Positions 40,941 through 50,017 of a DNA stretch of 64,000 nucleotides are shown here, piece by piece; position 1 is the first letter of the stretch; every line of letters begins with the position of its first letter. The notes beneath the pieces were generated by a model. It worked only from the letters and a program-made list of their open reading frames with translations. It did no database searches and was not told where the DNA came from. This DNA comes from an uncultured Arthrobacter sp. (GTDB lineage Bacteria > Actinomycetota > Actinomycetes > Actinomycetales > Micrococcaceae), in assembly GCF_964021775.1 (NCBI RefSeq), contig NZ_CAXHZI010000011.1, positions 22,336 to 86,335 on the forward strand, given 5' to 3'. The position numbers and the translations under genes are program-made.

Positions 40941-41155
40941 CGGGGTTTGACGTCGCGGCCGAGCCGCCGTTCGGCAGGGACATCCTGGACATCGCAGAGG
41001 GCCAGCCAGACCTGTTTCGGTGGCACTCCCGCGGAGAGGGCCTGGTCCGCGGTGCGGCCGCCCACGCCCGCCAGCACCAGGGAACTGCTGAGCACCCGGG
41101 AGTATCCCGCGCCGAACTCGTCGTCCATAAGCCGCCAAAAGTCGCTGATTCTCAC
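40937..41155 (-). CDS. DUF3046-family protein
   Basis: MRISDFWRLMDDEFG, GGRTADQAL, VWLALC; usual position upstream of recA. Confidence 0.85.
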   Translation of the reverse strand: MRISDFWRLMDDEFGAGYSRVLSSSLVLAGVGGRTADQALSAGVPPKQVWLALCDVQDVPAERRLGRDVKPR

Positions 41156-41196
41156 CGATAAAGTCTCTCACGGGCACGGCCCCTAGAATGGTTGCT

Positions 41197-41718
41197 ATGA
41201 GCAACCCACGCGACGCCGCCCCGGATCCGGCGCCAGTTTCCGGGACCGGCGACCCGTCCGCGGAGGAGGCGCTGGCCGCCGTCGAGCGCCAGCTGAGCCT
41301 GCTCTGGCGGCGGGCCCGCTCCATGTCGCAGCAGTTATCCCGCCAGGTCCATCCCGAGATGGAGCCTGCCGCCTACGGGCTGCTGTCCGTGGTCCGGGCC
41401 AAGGGGCCCATCCGGCTGACCGAACTGGCCTCCTGCATCGGCGTCGGCAAGCCCTCGGTGAGCCGCCAGATCGCGTTCCTTGAAGGCCTGGGGCTGGTGG
41501 CGAAGGAGGCCGACCCGCTGGACGGCCGGGCGCAGGCCATCAGCCTGACGGCCAAGGGCGAGGAGAAGATGCACCTGGTCCAGGATGCGCGGCGCGAGGT
41601 CTTCCGCGAACGGCTGGCGGAGTGGCCGGCCGCGGAGCTGGAAGCCTTCGCCGGCTACATGGCGAAGCTCAACGCCACCTACGAACGCGACGGTTTTCCC
41701 CGGGACGAAGGCCTCTAG
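41197..41718 (+). CDS. MarR-family transcriptional regulator
   Basis: RLTELA, KPSVSRQIAFLEGLGLV, DPLDGRA; TAGAAT-7nt-ATG. Confidence 0.88.
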   Translation: MSNPRDAAPDPAPVSGTGDPSAEEALAAVERQLSLLWRRARSMSQQLSRQVHPEMEPAAYGLLSVVRAKGPIRLTELASCIGVGKPSVSRQIAFLEGLGLVAKEADPLDGRAQAISLTAKGEEKMHLVQDARREVFRERLAEWPAAELEAFAGYMAKLNATYERDGFPRDEGL

Positions 41719-41739
41719 GCCCATCCCGGGCACGGAAAA

Positions 41740-41762
41740 GGTCCCCGGCACTGCCGGGGACC
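41740..41762. terminator. Hairpin terminator between marR and clgR
   Basis: ggtccccggca-c-tgccggggacc preceded by aaaa. Confidence 0.7.
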
Positions 41763-41789
41763 AATTCGTTAATCTGAAGAGATTTGGGC

Positions 41790-42149
41790 CTAGCGCGCCC
41801 CGGAGAGCAGGCCGGTGGCCAGCTCATCGTTCAGCTCGGTGTTGAGCTCACGGTCAAGGTCACGACCGTAGCGCTGGGCGAATTCCTGGGGGACGGTGTC
41901 CGGTACCGCAACGCCCTCGGCCACGGCGACGCGGTCGCTGACTTCGCGGAGCATGCTGGACAACGGGACGTCAAGGGCCGAGCAGATCGAGGAGAGCAGC
42001 TCCGAGGAGGCTTCCTTCTGGCCGCGTTCCACTTCACTCAGGTAGCCCAGGGATACACGGGCACTGTGCGAGACTTCGCGGAGGGTACGGCCTTGGCGTT
42101 GGCGGACATCGCGCAGGACATCACCGATTTCGTGACGAAGTACAACCAT
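41790..42149 (-). CDS. clgR: ClgR-like XRE transcriptional regulator
   Basis: [40 protein letters not shown]; downstream of pgsA-cinA; AAGGAG RBS (alternative start 42242). Confidence 0.85.
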   Translation of the reverse strand: MVVLRHEIGDVLRDVRQRQGRTLREVSHSARVSLGYLSEVERGQKEASSELLSSICSALDVPLSSMLREVSDRVAVAEGVAVPDTVPQEFAQRYGRDLDRELNTELNDELATGLLSGAR

Positions 42150-42346
42150 CTTGCGCTCCTTCTGTTCGCTCTTTGCCTGATCGGCGAGGCCCACATCCTT
42201 CCAGCGGACAACGCCGTTTACGGATACGGGCTGCTTTACCATCTGTATCGCCTTGCTCCCTCGTATGTCTAGTTCGCGGTGGACTGCGAACGTTGTGATG
42301 ATTTCATCCTAGGCGCCACCCTTATTCCGGGGCGACACAATGTAAC

Positions 42347-42373
42347 AACTATTCGGAATCAACTTTTGTTCCC
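42347..42373 (-). promoter_or_regulatory. ECF sigma (SigH/SigE-type) promoter upstream of clgR
   Basis: Minus strand GGGAAC-N18-GTT. Confidence 0.65.
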
Positions 42374-42380
42374 GGCAACT

Positions 42381-42911
42381 TTACCCGCGGTAGCTTGTCG
42401 CGGACAGGGCTTCGAGCAGCCGTTCCAGGGCCGCGCCGCAGGCCAGCGCCCGGATCTCCTGGCGGCTGCCGTCGAAGTGGTACGCGAACGATGTCGCGCC
42501 TTCCGCCGTGGCGAGGCCGATGTAGACCGTGCCCACCGCCTTGCCGTCATGCGGCTCCGGGCCCGCCACCCCGGTGGTGGCGACGCCGACGGCGGCACCG
42601 CACGCTGCGCGCGCCCCGGAGGCCATGGCCGCGGCGACCTGTCCGTCCACCGAACCCACGGCGTCGAGGACGTCCCGGGACACCCCCAGGATGTCGGCCT
42701 TGACCGTGTTCGAGTAGGCGACCACGCCGCCCTGCAGCATGGCGGACGCGCCGGGGGTGTCGGCCAGCACGGCCGCCACCATCCCGGCGGTGAGGGACTC
42801 CGCGGTGGCCACGGTCAGTCCGCGCTCAATGGCGCGGCCCACGGCCTGCTCGGCGAGGCGGTGCAGATTCGGGTGCAGCCCCGGGTGGGTGGTGGGGTGG
42901 AAATTGCTCAT
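42381..42911 (-). CDS. cinA: CinA C-terminal / PncC NMN deamidase family
   Basis: ATAESLTAG, GGVVAY, TTGVAGP, GTVYIG. Confidence 0.9.
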   Translation of the reverse strand: MSNFHPTTHPGLHPNLHRLAEQAVGRAIERGLTVATAESLTAGMVAAVLADTPGASAMLQGGVVAYSNTVKADILGVSRDVLDAVGSVDGQVAAAMASGARAACGAAVGVATTGVAGPEPHDGKAVGTVYIGLATAEGATSFAYHFDGSRQEIRALACGAALERLLEALSATSYRG

Positions 42912-43546
42912 GGCGTTCCCTCCTGGACCTGCTGTTTCCTGGCCCGGATGCCGCTGGCGCGCAGCTTGAGGGCCTCAACGACATATTCGACGCCGGTCCA
43001 GACCGTGATCGCCAGGGCGGCCATCATGACAACAAAGGCCAGGAACCCGAGCCACGGGGCGATCGAGGCGAGCGGCATCACGTAGAGGAAGATCGCCGCG
43101 GTCTGCACTACGGTCTTGAGCTTGCCGCCGCGTGACGCGGGGATCACGCCGTAGCGGATCACGAAGAAGCGGAGCGCCGTGACGCCCCACTCGCGGACCA
43201 GGATCAGGACGGTGACCCACCACGGCAGTTCGCCGAGCAGCGAGAGCATGACCAGGGCGGAGCCGATCAGCAGCTTGTCCGCGATCGGGTCCGCGATCTT
43301 GCCGAAGTCGGTGATAAGCCCGCGGCTGCGGGCGATGTCGCCGTCGAGCTTGTCCGTGTAGATCGCCACCGCGAAGACAACGACGGCGGCCCAGCGCCAG
43401 GGGCCGTTCTGCGCGTCAAGGCCCGGGGCGTCGGCGACGAGGCACCAAACGAAAAAGGGCACCAGCGCGATCCGCAGCATCGTGAGGATGTTGGGCAGGT
43501 TCCAGATCCGCGGGGCGGACCCGGCGTTGGTTTCGGCGCTAGTCAC
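42908..43546 (-). CDS. pgsA: CDP-diacylglycerol--glycerol-3-phosphate 3-phosphatidyltransferase family
   Basis: NLPNILTMLRI, TDKLDGDIAR...TDFGKIADPIADK, GGKLKT. Confidence 0.93.
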   Translation of the reverse strand: MTSAETNAGSAPRIWNLPNILTMLRIALVPFFVWCLVADAPGLDAQNGPWRWAAVVVFAVAIYTDKLDGDIARSRGLITDFGKIADPIADKLLIGSALVMLSLLGELPWWVTVLILVREWGVTALRFFVIRYGVIPASRGGKLKTVVQTAAIFLYVMPLASIAPWLGFLAFVVMMAALAITVWTGVEYVVEALKLRASGIRARKQQVQEGTP

Positions 43547-43573
43547 CTTCCTAGGCTACCGTCTCGCCGCCGG

Positions 43574-46519
43574 CTACCGTCCGGTCAGCGACCAGGCGTC
43601 CTCGGAGCCGTCCTCGTCGTCCGACCCGCCGTCGGCGCCGTCGTGGTACTCGATGGCCTGGGTGCGGTTGTCGAGGTCGGCTGCCACCAGGTCCTCGGCG
43701 TAGCCGCCCTGGGCGATGTTGGCGTTGGCATTGTCGCTGAGCGCGGCCGTCTGCGAATCCGCGGCGACCGGCCCGTCCTGGCCCTTCATGGCGGCCAGCA
43801 CCGCGGCCAGGTCGTCCGGCTTGACCAGCACGTCTCGGGCCTTGGAGCCCTCGGACGGGCCCACCACTCCCCTGGACTCGAGCAGGTCCATCAGCCGGCC
43901 GGCCTTGGCGAAGCCGACCCGCAGTTTGCGCTGCAGCATCGAGGTGGAGCCGAACTGCGTGGTGACCACCAGTTCGGTGGCCTGCAGCAGGACCTCAAGG
44001 TCGTCTCCGATGTCGTCGTCGATCTGCTTCTTCTGCGTCTCGGGGGCGACGTCGTCCCGGTAGACGGCCTTGAGCTGGCCCTTGACGTGTTCTACGACCT
44101 TGTGGATCTCGGACTCGGTGACCCAGGCGCCCTGGACGCGCATCGCCTTGGAGGCGCCCATTGGCAGGAACAGCGCGTCGCCCTGGCCGATCAGCTTCTC
44201 GGCGCCCGGCTGGTCGAGGACCACACGGGAGTCGGTCACCGAGGACGTCGCGAACGCCATCCGGGAGGGAACGTTGGCCTTGATCAGGCCGGTGACGACG
44301 TCGACGGAGGGCCGCTGCGTGGCGAGCACCAGGTGGATGCCGGCCGCGCGGGCCAGCTGGGTGATGCGGACGATCGAGTCTTCGACGTCGCGCGGCGCCA
44401 CCATCATGAGGTCGGCGAGTTCGTCCACGATCACCAGCAGGTACGGGTACGGGCGGATGACGCGCTTGGAATCGACGGGCGGGTGGACCTTGCCGGCCCG
44501 GACGGCTTTGTTGAAGTCGTCGATGTGCTTGAAGCCGTAGTTCGCGAGGTCGTCGTAGCGGGCGTCCATCTCGCGGACCACCCATTGCAGGGCCTCGGCG
44601 GCCTTTTTGGGGTTGGTGATGATCGGGGTGATCAGGTGCGGGACACCTTCGTAGGCGGTGAGTTCCACCCGCTTGGGGTCCACCATGACCATCCGGACCT
44701 CGTCCGGGGTGGCGCGCATCAGGATCGAGGTGATCATCGAGTTCACGAAGGAGGACTTGCCGGCGCCGGTGGCGCCGGCAACGAGCAGGTGCGGCATCTT
44801 GGCGAGGTTGGCCACGACGTAGCCGCCTTCGACGTCCTTGCCCACGCCCATGACCATGGGGTGGTCAGTGCGGCGGGCGTTCTGGCTGCGCAGCACGTCG
44901 CCGAGCGAGACGGTTTCACGGTCCGTGTTGGGGATTTCGATGCCGATGGCCGACTTGCCCGGGATGGGGCTCAGGATGCGCACATCGGAGCTCGCGACGG
45001 CGTAGGAGATGTTCTTGGACAGGGCGGTGACGCGCTCCACCTTGGTGCCCGGGGACAGCTCGATCTCGTAGCGGGTCACGGTGGGTCCGCGGCTGAACCC
45101 GGTGACCTGCGCGTCCACGTTGAACTGGGTCAGCGTCTCGGTCAGCGAGGCGACGATCGCGTCATTGGCCTCGGTGCGTTCCTTGGGGATGGAACCGGGG
45201 GTGAGCATGTCCGAGGACGGCAGCGTGTAGGTGACATCGCCGGCGAGGGACAGCTGTTCGGTGCGCTGCGGGATCGGCGTGGGCAGCGGCGCCGGGGCGA
45301 CCGGGTTCGCGGGGACCTTGGGGGCGGCCGCACCGCTGCCGGCACCTGGGGACGGGTTCAGCGACCCGGCGGCGACCATGCCCGGGGTGACGAGCGGGAT
45401 CGCCTCGGTGGCGTTCTCCGCCGCGGCCCCGGCCGTGCTGCTGCCCAGTCCCTGGGCGGCTTTGATCTTCTCGACGGCGATTTCGGCCTGGGTGGGCCGC
45501 CGCACGCCGGGCGCCACGGCTTTGGAACCCTTGCCGGCTCCCCGTGCGCCCGCAGCGCCGGCGGCTGTTTCGTCATCGTCGTCGACGACGGCGTGCTCGA
45601 AGGCCTCGTCGCCGACGTAGCCTTCCAGCCGGGCGTCGGCGTCGTCGTCCTTGCCGAAGAGGCGCTTGCGCTTCTTCTTCGGGGCGGGGCCGTCGTTCTC
45701 GTACAGGTAGCTGCGGTCGTGGGAGTCCTGGCCGGCCCCGCTGTCGTGGTCCTGCAGGTCGATGCCCATCAGGTGCTCGTAGGCGCCGCGCAGCCGGGAC
45801 GGGATCGCGCCGAAGGGGGTGGCCGTGACAATGAGCAGCGAGGTGAAGGCCAGCAGGCTGTAGAGGGCGATCGGAACGGCGGCGTGGATGGTTGCCAGCG
45901 GCGCGGCGGCGAGGTAGCCGAGCATTCCGCCGGCGTGGCGGAGCCCGTCGAAGCCGTCGGCGACGGTGGGCTGGCCGCCGATGATGTGGGCAAGGCCGCA
46001 GCCGGCAAAGGTCATGATCAGGAAGCCGATGCCGATGCGGTTGTTGCCGCGGCCGTCCACCGGCTGGCGGAACAGCCGGAAGGCGCAGACGAACAGAATG
46101 AGCGGCAGCAGCAGGGACATCCAGCCGAAGGTGCCGTTGACGATTGCGAAGACCATGTCCGGGAACCAGCCCTGGAAGCCCCACCAGGCGAACGTGGCGA
46201 TGAAGACGCCGAGCGCGAGGTTGAACAGGGCGGCTCCGTCGCGGCGGTCTGCCGGGTCGAGGTCGCTGACGTCATGGCCGATCCGGCGGACGCCGGCGCC
46301 CACCACATGGCCGATGCCCAGCCACGCGCCGGCCACCACCCGCACCAGCCAGGGCTGGCGGGGTTCGACGGCGGGCAGCTGGCGGGTGCGCGCCGTTCCC
46401 TGGGAGCGGCCGGTCTTGGACGCAGCTGCGCCGGAGCCCCTGCCTGAAGAGCTGCCGGTGTTGCCCTTTGAGCTGCCGCTTGAGTTGCCTCTAGGCGCGG
46501 AGGAGGTGCGTGTCGCCAT
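43574..46519 (-). CDS. ftsK: DNA translocase FtsK
   Basis: N-terminal TM domain, GPTVTRYE, PHLLVAGATGAGKS, DELADLMM, C-terminal gamma domain STSMLQRKLRVGF. Confidence 0.97.
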   Translation of the reverse strand: MATRTSSAPRGNSSGSSKGNTGSSSGRGSGAAASKTGRSQGTARTRQLPAVEPRQPWLVRVVAGAWLGIGHVVGAGVRRIGHDVSDLDPADRRDGAALFNLALGVFIATFAWWGFQGWFPDMVFAIVNGTFGWMSLLLPLILFVCAFRLFRQPVDGRGNNRIGIGFLIMTFAGCGLAHIIGGQPTVADGFDGLRHAGGMLGYLAAAPLATIHAAVPIALYSLLAFTSLLIVTATPFGAIPSRLRGAYEHLMGIDLQDHDSGAGQDSHDRSYLYENDGPAPKKKRKRLFGKDDDADARLEGYVGDEAFEHAVVDDDDETAAGAAGARGAGKGSKAVAPGVRRPTQAEIAVEKIKAAQGLGSSTAGAAAENATEAIPLVTPGMVAAGSLNPSPGAGSGAAAPKVPANPVAPAPLPTPIPQRTEQLSLAGDVTYTLPSSDMLTPGSIPKERTEANDAIVASLTETLTQFNVDAQVTGFSRGPTVTRYEIELSPGTKVERVTALSKNISYAVASSDVRILSPIPGKSAIGIEIPNTDRETVSLGDVLRSQNARRTDHPMVMGVGKDVEGGYVVANLAKMPHLLVAGATGAGKSSFVNSMITSILMRATPDEVRMVMVDPKRVELTAYEGVPHLITPIITNPKKAAEALQWVVREMDARYDDLANYGFKHIDDFNKAVRAGKVHPPVDSKRVIRPYPYLLVIVDELADLMMVAPRDVEDSIVRITQLARAAGIHLVLATQRPSVDVVTGLIKANVPSRMAFATSSVTDSRVVLDQPGAEKLIGQGDALFLPMGASKAMRVQGAWVTESEIHKVVEHVKGQLKAVYRDDVAPETQKKQIDDDIGDDLEVLLQATELVVTTQFGSTSMLQRKLRVGFAKAGRLMDLLESRGVVGPSEGSKARDVLVKPDDLAAVLAAMKGQDGPVAADSQTAALSDNANANIAQGGYAEDLVAADLDNRTQAIEYHDGADGGSDDEDGSEDAWSLTGR

Positions 46520-46768
46520 ACCCGCAACGGTACCCGACGCCGGGCCGAAAACCGCGGATTTCCGGGCCGGGCGGGGATCATGTTGGGCGGCGGCGGCCGC
46601 CCGCGTACGGCGTGGGCGGCCGGATTCGGGCTGCCCGGCGGGGTCTTTGAGGGAACGGAAACGGCCTCCCCCGCCGGCCGCCGCCTGGAGGCGGTGCCGG
46701 CGCGGAAGGCCGTTTCAGTGCAGCTGTTGCGCTGGCCCGTGACCGGGCGTGCTGCCCGGTTGCGGGGC

Positions 46769-48457
46769 CTAGGCTTCCAGGACCACCGGGATGATCATGG
46801 GCTTGCGGCGCAGCTTGCGGTTGACCCAGGTACCGACGACGCGGCGGACAACCTGCTGGAGCTGCTGCGAGGTGTGGTCCCGGTTCTGCACGGCTTCCTC
46901 GAGCGCGGCGTTGATCTTGGGGATGATCTCGTCGAAGACCGAATCGTCTTCGGCCACGCCGCGGGCGTGGATTTCCGGCCCGGAAACCACCTTGCCGGTG
47001 GCGCGGTGGATGACCGTGATGATCGAGATGAAACCCTCGTCGCCAAGGGTCTGGCGGTCCTTGAGGTCGGCTTCGGTGACTTCGCCGACGCTGGAGCCGT
47101 CCACATAGACAAACCCGACCTCGACCTGGCCCACAACGTCCGCCTGATGGTCGCGGAGGTCGATGACGGTTCCGTTGTCCGCCAGCAGGATGCTCTCCTC
47201 GGGAACGCCCGATTCGAGGGCGATCTTGCCGTTGGCAATGAGGTGGCGCGTCTCGCCGTGCACCGGCATGGCATTGAGCGGCTCGAGGATGTTGTAGCAG
47301 TAGAGGAGCTCGCCGGCGGCCGCGTGGCCGGAGACGTGGACCTTGGCGTTGCCCTTGTGGATGACGTCGGCGCCGAGCTTGAGCAGGCCGTTGATGATCC
47401 GGAAGACGGCATTCTCGTTGCCCGGGATCAGGCTTGAGGCGAGGATCACGGTGTCCCCCTGACCGACGACGACGCGGTGGTCGCCGTTGGCCATGCGGGA
47501 CAGTGCCGCCATGGGCTCGCCCTGGGAGCCGGTGGACATCAGGACCACGCGGTTGTCCGGCAGGTTGTCGATGTTCTTGATGTCGACGAGGATGCCCGCC
47601 GGCACTTCGAGGTAGCCGAGCTTCGCGGCGATGGCCATATTGCGGACCATCGAGCGGCCGACGAAGGCTACCTTGCGGTTGTGGTTCGCGGCGGCGTCGA
47701 GGACCTGCTGGACGCGGTGCACGTGCGAGGAGAACGAAGCCACGATGATGCGCTTGGACGCCTGGCCGAAGAGCCGGTCCAGGGTGGGGCCGATTTCCTT
47801 TTCCGCGGTGGTGAACCCGGGGACGTCGGCGTTCGTGGAGTCGGACATGAACAGATCCACGCCTTCTTCGCCGAGCTTGGCGAAGTGGCGCAGGTCGGTG
47901 ATCCGGCCGTCGAGGGGAAGCTGGTCCATCTTGAAGTCGCCGGTGTGCAGCACGGTGCCGCCGGAGGTGCGCAGGAAGACGGCCAGGGCATCGGGGATCG
48001 AGTGGTTGACGGCCACGAATTCGCATTCGAAGGGGCCGAGCTTCTGGACCTGGCCCTCGCTGACGATCTGGGTGTTCGGCTTGATCCGGTGTTCCTGGAG
48101 CTTCGCTTCGATCAGGGCCAGCGTCAGCTGGGAGCCGACGATGGGGATGTCGTTGCGCAAGCGCAGCAGGTACGGGACGGCACCGATGTGATCCTCGTGG
48201 CCGTGCGTGAGGATGACGGCGACGATGTCATCCATGCGGTTCTCGATGTAGGAGAAATCGGGCAGGATCAGGTCGACGCCGGGCTGGGTCTCTTCCGGGA
48301 AGAGGACGCCGCAGTCAACGATAAGCAGCTTGCCGTCGATTTCGAAGACCGTCATGTTGCGGCCGATCTCCCCGAGGCCGCCGAGCGGAACGATCCGCAG
48401 CGTGTTCTTGGGCAGTTTCGGCGGCGTGACAAGGCCGGGAAGGGCGGTTTGGGTCAT
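46769..48457 (-). CDS. rnj: Ribonuclease J
   Basis: PLGGLGEIGRNM, THGHEDHIG, HTGDFK, HVSGHA, PVHGE. Confidence 0.96.
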   Translation of the reverse strand: MTQTALPGLVTPPKLPKNTLRIVPLGGLGEIGRNMTVFEIDGKLLIVDCGVLFPEETQPGVDLILPDFSYIENRMDDIVAVILTHGHEDHIGAVPYLLRLRNDIPIVGSQLTLALIEAKLQEHRIKPNTQIVSEGQVQKLGPFECEFVAVNHSIPDALAVFLRTSGGTVLHTGDFKMDQLPLDGRITDLRHFAKLGEEGVDLFMSDSTNADVPGFTTAEKEIGPTLDRLFGQASKRIIVASFSSHVHRVQQVLDAAANHNRKVAFVGRSMVRNMAIAAKLGYLEVPAGILVDIKNIDNLPDNRVVLMSTGSQGEPMAALSRMANGDHRVVVGQGDTVILASSLIPGNENAVFRIINGLLKLGADVIHKGNAKVHVSGHAAAGELLYCYNILEPLNAMPVHGETRHLIANGKIALESGVPEESILLADNGTVIDLRDHQADVVGQVEVGFVYVDGSSVGEVTEADLKDRQTLGDEGFISIITVIHRATGKVVSGPEIHARGVAEDDSVFDEIIPKINAALEEAVQNRDHTSQQLQQVVRRVVGTWVNRKLRRKPMIIPVVLEA

Positions 48458-48516
48458 AGTGCACTACTTTCCAGGCGGAGCAGGAGGGGTGTTCTCTTCG
48501 ATCAGGCAGGGCCGGA

Positions 48517-49425
48517 TCAGGAGAAGACGATTCCTGCTTCCGCCAAGTCCTCGCGGATCGTTTCGATCTCGGCTTCGCCCGGCTCCACGAGGGGCAAACG
48601 GACAACCGAGTTGGGCAGGACTCCCTGCCACTTAAGAACTTGCTTCGCAGCAACAGCACCCTGGATGTGGGTCATCACTGCACGGACCACCGGGTCCAGT
48701 TCGAAATGTATGGTGCGGGCGGTGGCAAAATCGCCTGCAAGTGCGGCATCGATCATCGCACGGTACTGCTTGCTGGCCACGTGTGCCGAGACGCTGACCA
48801 GCCCGACGGCGCCGGCCGCCATCCACGGCAGAGTCAGTCCGTCGTCCCCGGAGTAGACATCCAGGTCCGTGTTCGCCATGACGCGGGTGACGGCGGCGAA
48901 GTCTGCCTTGGCGTCCTTGAGGGCGATCACGCGGGGGTGGTCCGCGAGCCGGATCATGGTTTCGGGCAGGATCGGAACACCCGCGCGGCCGGGGATGTCG
49001 TAGACCATGACGGGCAGGTCCGCGGCGTCGGCAACGGCCTCTATGTGGGCCTGGATTCCGGCCTGGCTCGGCTTGTTGTAGTAGGGGGTGACGATCAGCT
49101 GGCCGTGGGCGCCTGCCTTGGCGGCGCGCTTCGCCATCTCGATCGAGTGCGAGGTGTGGTTGGTGCCGGTCCCCGCGATGACCTTGGCCCGGTCCCCCAC
49201 GGCCTCGACGATCACACGGAAAAGCTTCTCCTTTTCGTCGTCTTCCAGCGTGGACGTTTCACCGGTGGTGCCGGAGATAACGAGGGCGTCGTTGCCGTCG
49301 TCGACGAGCTTGTTGGCCAGCTCTGCGGACTGCTGATAGTCGACCTCACCGTCGTTGGTGAACGGAGTGACCATGGCGGTCACAAGGGTTCCAAACGTGT
49401 AAGAGCGAATGTCAGAGTCAGCCAT
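48517..49425 (-). CDS. dapA: 4-hydroxy-tetrahydrodipicolinate synthase
   Basis: GTTGE, PYYNKP, YDIPGR, ALKDA, YSGDD; TAACGT-7nt-ATG. Confidence 0.96.
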   Translation of the reverse strand: MADSDIRSYTFGTLVTAMVTPFTNDGEVDYQQSAELANKLVDDGNDALVISGTTGETSTLEDDEKEKLFRVIVEAVGDRAKVIAGTGTNHTSHSIEMAKRAAKAGAHGQLIVTPYYNKPSQAGIQAHIEAVADAADLPVMVYDIPGRAGVPILPETMIRLADHPRVIALKDAKADFAAVTRVMANTDLDVYSGDDGLTLPWMAAGAVGLVSVSAHVASKQYRAMIDAALAGDFATARTIHFELDPVVRAVMTHIQGAVAAKQVLKWQGVLPNSVVRLPLVEPGEAEIETIREDLAEAGIVFS

Positions 49426-49483
49426 AGGAAAAACGTTACCCTGTCCCCGGCTTGTTAGGACAATGGCGAGGCAGTGATGCGCG

Positions 49484-49897
49484 TCAAATTCGGCCCTCCT
49501 GCGTGGTGTCGGCCGGCGCTCCGGGGCGTGCCGGCGGCCCGGCACAGTAACGGCCCAGGGCGTCCTCCCGCAGCCCCTCCGCCCACGCGGACAACCGCTG
49601 CGCCGCACGCACGTAGTGGAACAGCTCGGTGGGGGTGAGCGCCTCGAGGTCGGTCTCCGCGAGCCGGCGGGCCAGCTCGGCGCCGGGCGCCTGGGCGGAC
49701 AATGAGGTGCCCTCCTGGTGCCATTGGACGTCCTCCGCCGACTCTCCGGCGACCAGCCGCCGGAAGAGGAAGTCCACCACACCCGGGCTCATGGCCTTCA
49801 GGACACCGGCCGGGGTGAGCGCAGCGGCCGACCGGCCGCCGGCCGTACCGGCAGGAAGGGAAGAAGCGGCCCGGGCCGGGTCTGATGCGTTGTTCAT
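49484..49897 (-). CDS. Uncharacterised ~137-aa protein, predicted LexA-regulated; segment resembles DUF222/HNH N-termini
   Basis: PGAELARRLAETDLEALTPTELFHYVRAAQRLSAWAEG helical segment; own promoter with SOS box; ATG 7 nt after -10. Confidence 0.65.
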   Translation of the reverse strand: MNNASDPARAASSLPAGTAGGRSAAALTPAGVLKAMSPGVVDFLFRRLVAGESAEDVQWHQEGTSLSAQAPGAELARRLAETDLEALTPTELFHYVRAAQRLSAWAEGLREDALGRYCAGPPARPGAPADTTQEGRI

Positions 49898-49904
49898 GCC
49901 GTTC

Positions 49905-49933
49905 ATGATATTCGAACATATATTCGAATACAA
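49905..49933 (-). promoter_or_regulatory. SigA-type promoter with a LexA box filling the spacer
   Basis: TTGTAT-N17-TATCAT; TCGAACATATATTCGA at 49912-49927, identical to 11505-11520. Confidence 0.85.
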
Positions 49934-50017
49934 GGCCTTGGGCCGGACCCGTGGACACGCCGGTCGGCACCAGCCCTGGGGCGGTCCGGGGCCGGCCGGA
50001 CGTGAGACGATCGGAGA

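Noticed and set aside
43643-46447. 934-aa plus-strand ORF, and similar long ORFs such as 6091-8352, 37049-39097, 30334-32196, 14428-16113 and 20549-21970
   Set aside because: Antisense shadows of ftsK, pheT, miaB, dinG, pntA and infC. Stop codons are rare at this GC content, and the translations have no motifs.
46658-46716. 10-bp inverted repeat after rnj as an intrinsic terminator
   Set aside because: Large 39-nt interior and no U-tract; plausible but not supportable.
49898-49933. N-terminal MYSNICSNIMNG of the 149-aa ORF
   Set aside because: It is the translated promoter and SOS box; the likely start is ATG 49897.
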